Part shown: positions 39,913 through 49,988 of the stretch, piece by piece
Position numbering within the stretch: position 1 is the first letter of the stretch
Layout: each line of letters opens with the position of its first letter
Assembly: GCA_001773725.1 (NCBI GenBank)
Contig: MEXP01000020.1
Span: 102,767-166,766 of the forward strand
Direction of reading: 5' to 3'
Source of the DNA: Candidatus Amesbacteria bacterium RIFCSPLOWO2_01_FULL_49_25
Lineage (GTDB): Bacteria > Patescibacteriota > Microgenomatia > CAZETR01 > Amesbacteraceae
DNA: 64,000 nt
The notes under the pieces: generated by a model
Database searches by the model: none
What the model saw: the letters and a program-made list of their open reading frames with translations, nothing else
What the model was told of the DNA's origin: nothing
Translations under genes and position numbers: made by a program

Positions 39913-40695
39913 ATGATATCCACATTTCGTGAAACAATAATTAGCCTTCGTGACCCCAAGTATCCGGAAGTTATCGTCAAAAAAACGATTCCTCAATCAA
40001 TTTGGTATTGGCTTAAATATCTCTTGTTTTTTACCCTCATCCCCTTAATATTTTTGACATTTTCTCTCACCTACTACACCCCCCAACTGCCGCGGATTAT
40101 ACAGGAACATTTTCCCGAGTTTTCCTTAACCGTTTCCCAAGGCCAAGCTTCAGTAGTCCCCAACGAGCCGTATAAATTTGCCACTCCCGAGTCCATTTTT
40201 ATAATTGACACGACCACGGGTTCAGCCCAGTCGCTTGCCGACTACACTTCCGGGTTCGTGATTTCCCGTGACCGTCTTTATGTCAAATCGCCCGACGGCA
40301 ATCTCTCCGATCTGCCGCTCTCCGAGCTGGGGGATTTTTCCTACAATCGCGAAGAGTTATCCGCCTGGATTTCCCGCCGCCTCTTCGCAGTCTGGCTGGC
40401 CGCTCTAGCTGGTCTGCTGTTTTTCGCCTTTGTAGCCGTTCTCTCTTACACGCTCTTTAACTTCGCCCTGATTTTTCTTTGGTCAGTTATTCTCGCCCTT
40501 TTAGGGCGCATTTCCCATCGATCTTTAAGTTTTGCCGCCTGTCTGAAAGTTTCGGTTCACGCTGCCGTCTTGCCCCTCGTTATTTCTGCCGTCACTTTCC
40601 TCGGTTCGTCTGCCCTTATTACCCTTCTCAATATTGCCCTGTTTGTCTTCTATTCCCTCTCCTGGTCCAAATCATTGACTCGCCCCGCCAAATAA
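39913..40695 (+). CDS. Polytopic membrane protein, DUF1189-like
   Basis: Start MISTFRETIISL just downstream of the tRNA; multiple TM helices; about 260 aa. Confidence 0.45.
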   Translation: MISTFRETIISLRDPKYPEVIVKKTIPQSIWYWLKYLLFFTLIPLIFLTFSLTYYTPQLPRIIQEHFPEFSLTVSQGQASVVPNEPYKFATPESIFIIDTTTGSAQSLADYTSGFVISRDRLYVKSPDGNLSDLPLSELGDFSYNREELSAWISRRLFAVWLAALAGLLFFAFVAVLSYTLFNFALIFLWSVILALLGRISHRSLSFAACLKVSVHAAVLPLVISAVTFLGSSALITLLNIALFVFYSLSWSKSLTRPAK

Positions 40696-40711
40696 ACTAT
40701 AAACTACGGTA

Positions 40712-41110
40712 ATGGAACCCAACTACGCCAGCGTCGGTAGGCGGTTTCTCGCCGCTCTTGTCGATGGCCTCATCTTAGCCGCAGTCAACGCCGTCCTCGT
40801 CCTCTTATTTGCCAAATCCTCAACTGCCGGTCAAACCGGCAGATCCCTTCTTTCCGCCCTCATCGGTCTCGCCTATTACGTGTATTTTATCGGCAGTCGC
40901 GGCCAGACCCCGGGCAAAATGGCACTGGGTATCAAAGTGGTCAAAACCGACGGCTCTCAGCCGAACTACGTTACCGCGTTTCTTCGCGAAGTAGTGGGCA
41001 AGATTTTATCCAGTGTCGTGTTTTTACTGGGCTATCTGTGGGCTATTTGGGACGCGAAAAAGCAAACCTGGCACGACAAAATCGCCGGTACTCTGGTAAT
41101 AAAGGTTTGA
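40712..41110 (+). CDS. RDD-family membrane protein
   Basis: RFLAALVDGLILAAVNAVLVLLF ... GQTPGKMALGIKVV ... WHDKIAGTLVIKV (RDD domain hallmarks). Confidence 0.7.
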   Translation: MEPNYASVGRRFLAALVDGLILAAVNAVLVLLFAKSSTAGQTGRSLLSALIGLAYYVYFIGSRGQTPGKMALGIKVVKTDGSQPNYVTAFLREVVGKILSSVVFLLGYLWAIWDAKKQTWHDKIAGTLVIKV

Positions 41111-41111
41111 T

Positions 41112-42107
41112 ATGTCCTCTGTCGATTACAGCCGGATTCTCAAGAGATCCTGGCAGTTAAGCTGGAAAAATAAATGGCTCTGGGTTTATGGCCTGATTCT
41201 GGCCATTTTTGGTGGGAGTGGCGGCAGTGGGGGAGGTGCAGGCTTCAGCTCGTCAGATTTTAAAGAACTCATCAACTCCCGACCTCTCCCCGACACCTCC
41301 GAACCAGCCAGTCAAGTTCTGGGTATGGCAACAAACGCCATTGCCGACTGGTTCAAAAGCGTTCCCTTATCCATTTGGCTGATTTTGGCTATCGGATTAA
41401 TTCTTCTGTTAACAATTGGGTTCACGGTGGGGTTGATTATTCGCGCTTGGGCCAAAGCCGCTCTCATCTCCGCATTGCACCAAGCCGACTCCGACCAGTC
41501 GGTCAATCTGGTTTCCACTTCCCCCTCCGGCTTAACCTCGCTCAAAAGTCTGATTATCTACGGCATTTTGGTCTCTCTCATCGCTTTAGCCGGAGTTCTT
41601 GTCCTCCTTTCTCTGGGTTCAGCCGCATTAGTTTTAAAAGATAGCCTTTCGCAATTAGTCATTGCAGTGTTCCTAGTTGCCTTGGTCCTGTCTTTCTTGT
41701 TTTTTATGATTCTTCTCGGATTCACCAATATCTACGCCGAACGGCTGATCGTCCTCAAAAATTTCTCCCCCTGGGCAGCTTGGAAAACCGGTCTCAACTT
41801 CGCGTATCATAAGTTCTTCCCCACACTAACCATGGGGATTGTGGACCGGTCAGTCGGCTGTTCGGTCGGCTGCCTAGGCACCCTCATCATGGGTCTGTTT
41901 CTCGGCCTCCCAGCCTATTTACTCCTGACTCCCTCTTTCAAAAATGGCTTTCATTGGCCAAGTCCTCCCAACTTAGTAGCCATAGTTCTTCTCTTTCTCA
42001 TTTTTATACATCTCAACCTGCTCCTTCAGGCCATTTTTACAGTTTTCAACTTTTCCAACTGGAATTTATTTGTTAAAGAAATGGAAACAGAGGAGAAGTC
42101 ATTATGA
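41112..42107 (+). CDS. Hypothetical polytopic membrane protein with an N-terminal Gly/Ser-rich stretch
   Basis: 331 aa, 6 or more TM helices, GGSGGSGGGAGFSSSD linker. Start abuts the upstream RDD gene (1-nt gap) and its stop overlaps the downstream RDD gene. Confidence 0.55.
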   Translation: MSSVDYSRILKRSWQLSWKNKWLWVYGLILAIFGGSGGSGGGAGFSSSDFKELINSRPLPDTSEPASQVLGMATNAIADWFKSVPLSIWLILAIGLILLLTIGFTVGLIIRAWAKAALISALHQADSDQSVNLVSTSPSGLTSLKSLIIYGILVSLIALAGVLVLLSLGSAALVLKDSLSQLVIAVFLVALVLSFLFFMILLGFTNIYAERLIVLKNFSPWAAWKTGLNFAYHKFFPTLTMGIVDRSVGCSVGCLGTLIMGLFLGLPAYLLLTPSFKNGFHWPSPPNLVAIVLLFLIFIHLNLLLQAIFTVFNFSNWNLFVKEMETEEKSL

Positions 42108-42703
42108 AACCGGCCCCTATTATCTTGCGTCTTACCGCCGGCCTAATCGACGTTTTCATTTTCTCTTCTCTTCCCCTTATCTTCCTCCTAAAACTTTCAT
42201 CCGCATTCGATATTCCTTCTGTTATGGACGCCCTTTTGTCTTTTGTAATGATCGTCATATTTGGCAGTTTCATCCTAACCCTCCTCAATACCTTTCTTAC
42301 TTCCGCCATTGGCGGCTCCATAGGCAAGCTGATAACCGGGCTATCTGTAGTCGACTCCTCCGGTAAAACGATAAAATTCCCCCGGGCTTTATTTAGAAAT
42401 TTTGTAGGCTACACTATCTCTGGGGTATTTCTCAACGCCGGTTTCATCTGGATTCTTATCGACCCCGGCCATCGCGCCTGGCACGATCTCGCCTCTGATA
42501 CTTGGGTTACCCTTACCCGCCCGTCCCGCCAAATTTTCGGCGCCGCCTTTGCCCTCATCCTTCTCGGATTAAACGTCTATCTGGTCGTTCAAATATTTTC
42601 TAGAGTCTCAAATAACATCTCCTTTTATCAAGAAGTAGGCCAGGATATCTATCAGGAAACCCAGAATCTAATTCCCACCCCCACCCCGCGGCTCACGATT
42701 TAA
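42104..42703 (+). CDS. RDD-family membrane protein (second copy)
   Basis: RLTAGLIDVFIFSSLPLIFLL ... GGSIGKLITGLSVV ... WHDLASDTWVTL. Confidence 0.7.
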   Translation: MKPAPIILRLTAGLIDVFIFSSLPLIFLLKLSSAFDIPSVMDALLSFVMIVIFGSFILTLLNTFLTSAIGGSIGKLITGLSVVDSSGKTIKFPRALFRNFVGYTISGVFLNAGFIWILIDPGHRAWHDLASDTWVTLTRPSRQIFGAAFALILLGLNVYLVVQIFSRVSNNISFYQEVGQDIYQETQNLIPTPTPRLTI

Positions 42704-42735
42704 CTCTTGCTTTTTGGCTCTAGGTTAGTATATTT

Positions 42736-43782
42736 GTGACAGTTATGGCCGCGGATCAAAAACTACAGGCGATCAAGATCGCCATGGAACAGATCGAGAA
42801 ACAGTTTGGTAAGGGGTCAATTATGAAGCTGGGTGAAAAGAGCGAAAAACTCACCGTCGATGTCATCTCTACGGGTTCTGTAGCTATCGATGTGGCCTTG
42901 GGGATAGGCGGTTTTCCCCGCGGCCGCATCACCGAAATTTACGGCCCCGAAGCTTCCGGCAAAACTACCGTCGCTCTTCATTGTATCGCCGAGGCTCAGC
43001 GTGCCGGCGGCACTGCCGCTTTTATCGACGCCGAGCACGCCCTGGACCCGGCTCGGGCTGCAGCTATCGGCGTCGATCTGGACAACTTATATATTTCCCA
43101 GCCCGATACCGGCGAGCAGGCATTAGAAATTGTTGAAACCCTCATTCGTTCCGGAGCCATCGACGTTATCGTTATCGATTCTGTAGCTGCGCTCGTTCCT
43201 CGGGCGGAAATAGAGGGTGAAATGGGTGATTCAGTCATGGGTGTCCAGGCCCGGCTTATGTCCCAGGCCTTGCGGAAAATCACCGGTGCCATTTCCAAGA
43301 GCAAATCCGTCGTCATTTTTACCAATCAGCTCCGGATGAAGATTGGGGTCATGTTTGGCAATCCCGAGACCACCCCCGGGGGCATGGCCCTCAAGTTTTA
43401 TTCCTCGGTGCGCATTGATACCAGAAAGATCGAGACTCTCAAAGATGGTGATTTAGTAATTGGTTCCCGCCACCGCGCCCGAATCGTCAAAAACAAAGTC
43501 GCCCCACCCTTCAGAGTAGCCGAGTTTGATATTTTAAACGACGGCGGCATTTCCAAAGAGGGTGGTCTCATAGATGTGGGACTGGAGCTGGGGGTACTCA
43601 CCAAAAAAGGATCCTTCATTTACTTTGCCGACACTATTGTAGGCCAGGGTCGCGAAGCCGCCAGGACTTTTCTCAAAGAAAATCACAAAATTACCAAACA
43701 GCTCGAAGACGCCATTTGGAAAACAGTCAAAACCGCCAAAATCCCCCTCCCCAAACAAGTCGGGGAAATTGAAGAAGAGTAA
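42736..43782 (+). CDS. recA: Recombinase RecA
   Basis: [21 protein letters not shown] (Walker A), [10 protein letters not shown]1/L2 loops. Confidence 0.97.
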   Translation: MTVMAADQKLQAIKIAMEQIEKQFGKGSIMKLGEKSEKLTVDVISTGSVAIDVALGIGGFPRGRITEIYGPEASGKTTVALHCIAEAQRAGGTAAFIDAEHALDPARAAAIGVDLDNLYISQPDTGEQALEIVETLIRSGAIDVIVIDSVAALVPRAEIEGEMGDSVMGVQARLMSQALRKITGAISKSKSVVIFTNQLRMKIGVMFGNPETTPGGMALKFYSSVRIDTRKIETLKDGDLVIGSRHRARIVKNKVAPPFRVAEFDILNDGGISKEGGLIDVGLELGVLTKKGSFIYFADTIVGQGREAARTFLKENHKITKQLEDAIWKTVKTAKIPLPKQVGEIEEE

Positions 43783-43791
43783 AATAACCCC

Positions 43792-44229
43792 GTGAACTTA
43801 TTAGACAGTGCGCTGAAAATTCTTTCCCTTCGTCCGCATAGCAAACAAGAAGTCATCAATTTTTTGCGCCGAAAGACCTCGGATGCCGCTTTAATTAATC
43901 AAACTATCGCCAAATTAGAAAAGGCCAAGTTAATTAATGATGAAGAATTTGCCAAGTGGTATATCGAATCCCGCTCCCGCACTCGCCCTCGCGGCGCCCG
44001 CCTGTTGTCCCATGAACTAAAGCAAAAAGGCATAGATACCGCAACTTCTAACCTAGAATCTAGCTCCCTGGACGAAGTCTCTCTGGCCACAAAAGCCCTC
44101 GAAAAAAAACAAAAAATGTGGTCAAAACTTTCAGCTAACGACTTTAAGCTAAAAGCTACCAGCTATCTGCAGTATCGGGGCTTCTCCTGGGACACTATAG
44201 CTAAAGTTGTCAAAAAGAGATATAATTAA
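43792..44229 (+). CDS. recX: RecA regulator RecX
   Basis: 145 aa helical-repeat protein directly after recA; ALKILSLRPHSKQEVINFLRRK...FAKWYIESRSRTRPRGARLLSHELKQKGID. Confidence 0.65.
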   Translation: MNLLDSALKILSLRPHSKQEVINFLRRKTSDAALINQTIAKLEKAKLINDEEFAKWYIESRSRTRPRGARLLSHELKQKGIDTATSNLESSSLDEVSLATKALEKKQKMWSKLSANDFKLKATSYLQYRGFSWDTIAKVVKKRYN

Positions 44230-44254
44230 GTTATGTTAACTCTAGAGTTTAAAT

Positions 44255-45397
44255 ATGGCCTCTTCCTCGTCACTTCCGGGCGATCTAGATAAAGAGTCAC
44301 TTTTAGAACTGGCGCAAAAGTACTTTGCCGAAGACCTCGCCAAGCTCATCGAAGCCACCCGCCAGGATCTCAAATCTCGGGCCAACGAACTGGCCCAGGA
44401 CATCCTAGTCGGGGCTATGCTTCATGGCGCGACCGATTACACCGCCGAATATACGGTATCCACTATCACACTGCCCAATGAATCGGTGAAGGGTGGGATT
44501 ATCGGCCAAGGCGGCAGAAACATCGCGGCCTTCGAGAGAGCCACCGGCGTAGAGATTGAAATAGAAGAAGGCAATACCATTCGTTTATCTTCATTCGATT
44601 CACTGCGTCGCGAAGTAGCCAGGAGAAGTTTAGAATTTCTCATCAAAGACGCTCGCATTACTCCCACCCGTATCGAAGAAGTTGTTTCCCAGACCCAAAA
44701 ACACCTGGACACTATTTTAGTAGATGAGGGCCGCAAAATCTGCTCCGCCTGTGGTGTATTCAACCTCGATCCCGAATTGATCAAAACCATCGGCCGCTAC
44801 CGCTTTCGTTTCTCCTACGGCCAAAACCTAGGCATCCACACAATCGAGGAAACCAAAATCGGGGTCCAGATCGCCCACGAACTAGTTCTGTCAGACGATC
44901 TGATTCAACAAGTCAGGCTGGGGTGTCTTCTTCACGACATCGGCAAAGTAGTTACCGACGAAGAAGGGACGCATGTCCAATTAGGCGTCCAGTTATTGAA
45001 GAAATACAATCTGCCGGATTTGGTAATCAACGCCGTCGCCGAACATCACGAGGACAAACCTTTCTCCTCCATGGTTTCTCGCATCGTCTGGGTGGCAGAC
45101 GCCATCTCCGGTTCCCGTCCGGGTGCCCGTTACGAGTCCCATGACATTTACGTTCAACGCCTTCAAAAGATAGAAGAAATCGGCAAGTCTTTCCCCGGCG
45201 TGGCCGAGACCTTTGCCTTCCAAGCCGGCCGCGACGTGCGAGTTATTGTCAAACCGGAAACAATTTCCGACTCGGAATTGGTAGTCTTGGTAGCCAGGAT
45301 TCGGGAAAAGTTGGAAAAAGAGGCCCAGTATGTTGGCCAAATTAGAGTCACCGCCATTAGGGAAGTGCGCGCCACAGACATAACCAAAGCCAAATAG
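44255..45397 (+). CDS. rny: Ribonuclease Y (KH + HD domains; short form with no N-terminal TM/coiled coil)
   Basis: KH domain: GGIIGQGGRNIAAFERATGVEIEIEE. HD domain: HELVLSDD...LLHDIGKV...HHED. recA-recX-rny synteny. Confidence 0.8.
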   Translation: MASSSSLPGDLDKESLLELAQKYFAEDLAKLIEATRQDLKSRANELAQDILVGAMLHGATDYTAEYTVSTITLPNESVKGGIIGQGGRNIAAFERATGVEIEIEEGNTIRLSSFDSLRREVARRSLEFLIKDARITPTRIEEVVSQTQKHLDTILVDEGRKICSACGVFNLDPELIKTIGRYRFRFSYGQNLGIHTIEETKIGVQIAHELVLSDDLIQQVRLGCLLHDIGKVVTDEEGTHVQLGVQLLKKYNLPDLVINAVAEHHEDKPFSSMVSRIVWVADAISGSRPGARYESHDIYVQRLQKIEEIGKSFPGVAETFAFQAGRDVRVIVKPETISDSELVVLVARIREKLEKEAQYVGQIRVTAIREVRATDITKAK

Positions 45398-45408
45398 CCC
45401 ATTGCTTC

Positions 45409-45437
45409 TTGACATTTACTTCGCGTCGTTTTATTTT
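45409..45437 (+). promoter_or_regulatory. Sigma-70-like promoter for hup (TTGACA-N17-TATTTT)
   Basis: Exact -35 TTGACA at 45409-45414, a 17-nt spacer and TATTTT at 45432-45437. Followed by the SD AAGGGGGTGA and the GTG start of hup. Confidence 0.4.
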
Positions 45438-45476
45438 GGGCTTAGATATGGAACATTTGAAAGGGGGTGATAGTAA

Positions 45477-45749
45477 GTGACCAAACAACAAATGTTTGAA
45501 TTGGTGGCAAAGAAAGCCCATTTGACCAAGAAAGCCGCCCGGGAGTCCGTCGAAACTTTTATCGAAGAAGTCAAAAAAGCATTGAGTAAAGGCGAAAAAG
45601 TCGTCTTATCCGGTTTCGGCACTTTCAAAGTAGTCCACGTCAAGGACAAACCGGTGATCATCCCCAATACCAAAGAGCGCAAAGTGGTCAAAGGCCACAG
45701 AGCCGCTCGCTTCACTCCCGGCAAGACCCTCAAAAAAGCCGTGAAATGA
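45477..45749 (+). CDS. hup: DNA-binding protein HU
   Basis: MTKQQMFELVAKKAHLTKKAARESVETFIEEV...GFGTFKVVHVKDKPVIIPNTKERKVVKGHRAARFTPGKTLKKAV; GTG start. Confidence 0.9.
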   Translation: MTKQQMFELVAKKAHLTKKAARESVETFIEEVKKALSKGEKVVLSGFGTFKVVHVKDKPVIIPNTKERKVVKGHRAARFTPGKTLKKAVK

Positions 45750-45767
45750 CATCCAATGTCGTCTCCA

Positions 45768-45799
45768 AAACGATCCCGACTCAGTCGGGACCGTTTTTG
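45768..45799 (+). terminator. Rho-independent terminator after hup
   Basis: AAAACGATCCCGAC-TCAG-GTCGGGACCGTTTTT: a 7-bp GC-rich stem (TCCCGAC/GTCGGGA) extended by AAAACG/CGTTTT, followed by a T5 run. Confidence 0.65.
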
Positions 45800-45855
45800 T
45801 CGTATAACCATCACTATCCCTCGTAAACTCGAGTTGATAGCTATAAAATCTCCCC

Positions 45856-46641
45856 ATGCGCAAATATTTAGCTTTTTTTACCGCCGAGTGGCAGCAGGCC
45901 TTGAACTACAGACCAGAAGCTTTTGTTTGGTTTATTCTGGAATTTATACCTCTGGTTGTCATGCTCAATTTATCAGATTATTTAAAAACATCTGGCAGGC
46001 TAACCCATTCCCAATATAGCCAGTTGGTTCTTTACTTTGTCATAAATTTGTTTATCTCTCGATTATCATCAATTCATTTTGAAGATAATTTAATTGATGA
46101 CATCAAGGACGGAAAAATTAGTCCCAGTCTGCTCAAACCATTCTCATTTTTTTGGCACCTTTTGCCCAGAGAGGCTACTTGGAGATTGGCCGGCCTCATG
46201 TATTTGCTTCCCAGCATGCTCGTTATTTGGCCCTTAATTAAATCTCTGGAATATCCAAAGCTGTTACCAGCCAATTTAATAATCGTCGTCTTGTTTTTGG
46301 CAATAGCCTTTCTACAGCGTTTTTTCCTAGCTTGGATTATCAGTATTCCTGCTTTTTGGATAGATCAATCAAAAGCCTTAGTTCACTTCAAGTGGATGGC
46401 TGAAGGGATTTTTGGTGGTGCCTGGCTCCCCCTATATCTATTTCCCTCCTGGTGGCAAAATCTTGCCAGACACACACCCTTTTATTATTGGTTCTACTTT
46501 CCTGCCCAAGTCCTTCTGGGGAACGTTACGGAATTCTTGACACCTCTCATACTTTCCTCAGCTTGGATGATTATGCTTTATTTCCTAGCCTCAAAATTTT
46601 GGCACAAGGCCATCAGATATTACTCGTCAGTAGGGGGATAG
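45856..46641 (+). CDS. ABC-2 family transporter permease (DUF990 / ABC2_membrane_6-like)
   Basis: 6-TM protein beginning MRKYLAFFTAEWQQALNYRPE; paralogous to 48433..49212. Confidence 0.7.
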   Translation: MRKYLAFFTAEWQQALNYRPEAFVWFILEFIPLVVMLNLSDYLKTSGRLTHSQYSQLVLYFVINLFISRLSSIHFEDNLIDDIKDGKISPSLLKPFSFFWHLLPREATWRLAGLMYLLPSMLVIWPLIKSLEYPKLLPANLIIVVLFLAIAFLQRFFLAWIISIPAFWIDQSKALVHFKWMAEGIFGGAWLPLYLFPSWWQNLARHTPFYYWFYFPAQVLLGNVTEFLTPLILSSAWMIMLYFLASKFWHKAIRYYSSVGG

Positions 46642-46645
46642 TGCT

Positions 46646-47434
46646 ATGAGGAAATACATTTCTCTTTTTTTTAAATTCATTAGTCTATCTTGGATGCGGG
46701 AAATGGAATATCGTTCCAACTTTATCACTTGGATGATTATTGATTTTACCTGGTCAGCAATGGATTTGCTGTTCATGTTAGTTCTCATAAACTTCACTCA
46801 GGTTTTGGGCAGTTGGTCAAAGGGCCAAATGCTCGTTGTTCTAGGTTTTTTCCGAATTATGGTTATTCCTGTCTGGGGTTGGCTTTTCCAAAGCTTCTCT
46901 CTTATTCCAAAATATATCTCCGAGGGAATGCTCGATATGATTCTTACCAAACCAATTGATAGTCAGTTTATGGTTTCCTCAAGACAGTTTGGCTTTTCGA
47001 TTATTCCGTCTTTGTTTACGGGGATAGGATTCACATTATATGGATTTAAAATTCTTGGGATGTTTCCTTCCCCAATCTTCATAATCCAATTTTTTTGGTT
47101 GGCGGTTGTTTCAACGGCATTAATATATGGGATGTACTTCGCAACAGTAGCTTGCACGTTGTATGTCGAACGTTTAAACAACATCCACCATGTTTTTACG
47201 TCACTTTACGACGCCTCTCGTTATCCTGGCGATATATTTTCACCAATGTTAAAACGAATTTTAACCACCCTCATCCCCATCTCATTAGTGATTGTAATTC
47301 CGGCCCAAAGTTTGTTTTCATCCGTCAAACCCTTTGACTTTATATACCTTCATATCATTACTGCAGTTTTCCTAATTTTAAGTCGGCGAATTTGGACTAA
47401 CGGTCTTCGCCACTACTCCTCCGCCAGTTCCTAA
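46646..47434 (+). CDS. ABC-2 family transporter permease (second type)
   Basis: 6-TM protein beginning MRKYISLFFKFISLSWMREMEYRSNF; paralogous to 49208..49988. Confidence 0.7.
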   Translation: MRKYISLFFKFISLSWMREMEYRSNFITWMIIDFTWSAMDLLFMLVLINFTQVLGSWSKGQMLVVLGFFRIMVIPVWGWLFQSFSLIPKYISEGMLDMILTKPIDSQFMVSSRQFGFSIIPSLFTGIGFTLYGFKILGMFPSPIFIIQFFWLAVVSTALIYGMYFATVACTLYVERLNNIHHVFTSLYDASRYPGDIFSPMLKRILTTLIPISLVIVIPAQSLFSSVKPFDFIYLHIITAVFLILSRRIWTNGLRHYSSASS

Positions 47435-47449
47435 GGTAAAATAAACTCC

Positions 47450-48436
47450 ATGGCTGTAATCGAAGTCAAAAACCTAAGGAAATACTACAAGGTTCATCAA
47501 AAAGAGCCTGGATTATCAGGGTCTATTCGCTCTCTTTTCCACCGAAAATACTATGACGTCAAGGCCGTTGATAACGTCAGTTTTGAGATAGGAGAAGGGG
47601 AGTTGATTGGTTTTATCGGTCCCAACGGCGCCGGCAAAACCACTACTCTCAAAGTCCTCTCCGGCCTCTTGTACCCCACTTCCGGCCACGTCTCAGTCCT
47701 AGGCTTCACTCCCTGGGATAGAAAACCCGCCTTCCAAAAACAGTTTTCTTTGGTTATGGGCCAAAAAAACCAACTCTGGTGGGACTTGCCCGCTATCGAA
47801 TCGTTTATCCTCAATAAAGAAATCTACGAAGTTCCTGATAACAAATATAAAAAGACCCTGGATGAACTCGTCGAGCTTTTAGATGTGGCCGATATCCTAA
47901 AAGTCCAGGTCCGAAAACTCTCTCTGGGCCAGCGGATGAAAATGGAACTCATCGCCGCTCTCATCCACTCACCCAAAATATTATTTCTGGACGAACCCAC
48001 CATTGGTCTCGATGTGGTCATGCAGAAAAAGATGCGTGATTTTATCAAGGAATACAATCACCGTTACCGAGCCACCATTATCCTCACCTCTCACTACATG
48101 GACGACGTCAAAGAGCTCTGCGACCGGGTAGTGATCATCGACAAAGGCAAACTAATTTTTGATGGGCTATTGGACGAGATCATTAAAAAATACGCCGATC
48201 ACAAACTGATAACTGTCATTTTCAGCAAAAATAACGTCACCCGGGCCGACGTGGAAAAACTGGGTGAACTCAAAGAATTTGAGTCTCCCAAAGCGGTAAT
48301 TTCTGTCAAGCGCGCTTCCGCCCCCAAGGTTGCCGCCAAGATACTCGAAGAATTTCCGGTGGCGGATATCAATCTCGAAGAACCCCAGATCGAAGATATA
48401 ATCAGGGAGGTTTTCACCGGAAAAGATTTTGCATGA
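47450..48436 (+). CDS. ABC transporter ATP-binding protein
   Basis: Walker A GPNGAGKTT, signature LSLGQRMK, Walker B ILFLDEPT, H-loop TSHYM. Confidence 0.9.
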   Translation: MAVIEVKNLRKYYKVHQKEPGLSGSIRSLFHRKYYDVKAVDNVSFEIGEGELIGFIGPNGAGKTTTLKVLSGLLYPTSGHVSVLGFTPWDRKPAFQKQFSLVMGQKNQLWWDLPAIESFILNKEIYEVPDNKYKKTLDELVELLDVADILKVQVRKLSLGQRMKMELIAALIHSPKILFLDEPTIGLDVVMQKKMRDFIKEYNHRYRATIILTSHYMDDVKELCDRVVIIDKGKLIFDGLLDEIIKKYADHKLITVIFSKNNVTRADVEKLGELKEFESPKAVISVKRASAPKVAAKILEEFPVADINLEEPQIEDIIREVFTGKDFA

Positions 48437-49212
48437 GAAAATACTTAACTGTCTTCGCCATCGACTGGCAAAATCAGTTTATCTACCGTCTAAACTTCAT
48501 CCTCTGGCGCCTGCGAAACGTCCTCCGTGTCCTCATGACCTATTTTTTGTGGACCAGCATTTTTTCTTCCCAAACTTCCGTTTTTGGCTACACCCGCGAA
48601 CAAATGGTCGCCTATCTTCTCCTGGCCCTTTTTGTCAATAGTCTGGTCGCATCAGCCCCTTCAAATGACAACGTCGGCGGTGAAGTTAGTAATGGCACTC
48701 TCAATAATTTTTTAGTTAAACCCATCGGTTACCTCCGTTACTGGTTCACCCGCGATCTGTCCAGCAAATTATTAAATATCATTTTCGCAATTGGAGAAAT
48801 TGCTCTTCTTTACTTGCTTTTTCGCCCCTCTCTTTACGTTTCCCCCAGCATTATGAGCATATTACTCTTAATTTCAGCCGTTATAATCTATTTTCTTTTA
48901 GGCAAACTCGCTATTTCCATCGTCTTCTGGGCCCCCGAACAGACATGGGGACTAATGTTCATCGTTTTGGTTCTTATGGAAATGCTCACCGGACTAATTT
49001 TTCCCCTGGATCTTCTTCCCCGCTGGGCCTTCTCCGCTCTCCAATTCACCCCCTTTCCGTATTTAATTTATTTTCCCTTAATCTCCGCCATCGGCCGGCC
49101 GGTCGCCTTCCGCTTTTTGTTGCAAAGTCTGTTTTGGGTGGCCATTCTTTATTATCTGGTCAAAAAAGTTTGGGCCAAGGGTCTCAAAACCTATTCCGCC
49201 TCCGGCATATGA
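48433..49212 (+). CDS. ABC-2 family transporter permease (paralogue of 45856..46641)
   Basis: MRKYLTVFAIDWQNQFIYRLNF...; 6 TM; start overlaps the ATPase stop. Confidence 0.7.
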   Translation: MRKYLTVFAIDWQNQFIYRLNFILWRLRNVLRVLMTYFLWTSIFSSQTSVFGYTREQMVAYLLLALFVNSLVASAPSNDNVGGEVSNGTLNNFLVKPIGYLRYWFTRDLSSKLLNIIFAIGEIALLYLLFRPSLYVSPSIMSILLLISAVIIYFLLGKLAISIVFWAPEQTWGLMFIVLVLMEMLTGLIFPLDLLPRWAFSALQFTPFPYLIYFPLISAIGRPVAFRFLLQSLFWVAILYYLVKKVWAKGLKTYSASGI

Positions 49213-49988
49213 AAATCTTTAAAGTCACCTGGCGCTACTTTATAAATTCTCTGCAGCAAAACATTAGCGGGCCGACGGTTTTTCTGATGTTTTTTGTCAG
49301 CAAATTCATCCGTTATACCCTGTTTATATCCTTTCTCTACTATTTAAGTTCAGGGGTCAAGCTTATCGGCGGTTACACTTGGGAACAAATGCTCTTCTTT
49401 TACTTAGTCTTTATTCTTGTTGATACCGTCGTCCAAATGTTTTTTCGCGAGGTCTACCGCTTCCGCCCGTTGGTCATTTCCGGCGGCTTCGACATGGTTT
49501 TGGCCAAACCCTTCCCGCCCCTGGTCCGCTGTCTTCTGGGCGGCCCTGATTATATAGACTTAGGAGTGCTTGTCATCCTTCTGGCTGTTGTCTCTTATTT
49601 CACTTCAGTCTATATCCGCCCGTCTTTCCCACAATTGTTGCTATTCTTCCTGATGTTAGGCAATACCCTTTTAGTAGCTACGGCCTTCCACATCATGGTT
49701 TTGGCCATCGGCATCCTCACCCTCTCCGTCGACCACCTCATCATGGTCTACCGCGATCTTACCGCCCTGGTGCGTATCCCGGTTGGTCTCTTCACCGAGC
49801 CTGTGCGCTCCCTCATCACTTTTGTAATTCCAGTGGGCCTGATGTTCACCTTCCCCGCCCAAACTCTTTTGGGCCTCCTCTCCTGGCAAATAATAGCTGT
49901 CTCTCTCACCTTCGGAATCGCCTATCTCTTTTTATCCCTCAAATTTTGGTCCTATGCCCTCAAGCAATATTCCTCCGCCAGCAGTTAA
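49208..49988 (+). CDS. ABC-2 family transporter permease (paralogue of 46646..47434)
   Basis: True start MKIFKVTWRYFINSLQQN (ATG 49208 overlapping the upstream TGA). The track ORF 48945..49988 is an extended artefact. Confidence 0.7.

Noticed and set aside
48945-49988. 347-aa ORF from the track overlapping the 48433..49212 permease
   Set aside because: It is an N-terminal extension artefact in another frame relative to the upstream gene. The real gene starts at ATG 49208 (MKIFKVTWRY...), which overlaps the upstream TGA. The extension encodes low-complexity sequence antisense or out of frame to a well-supported permease.
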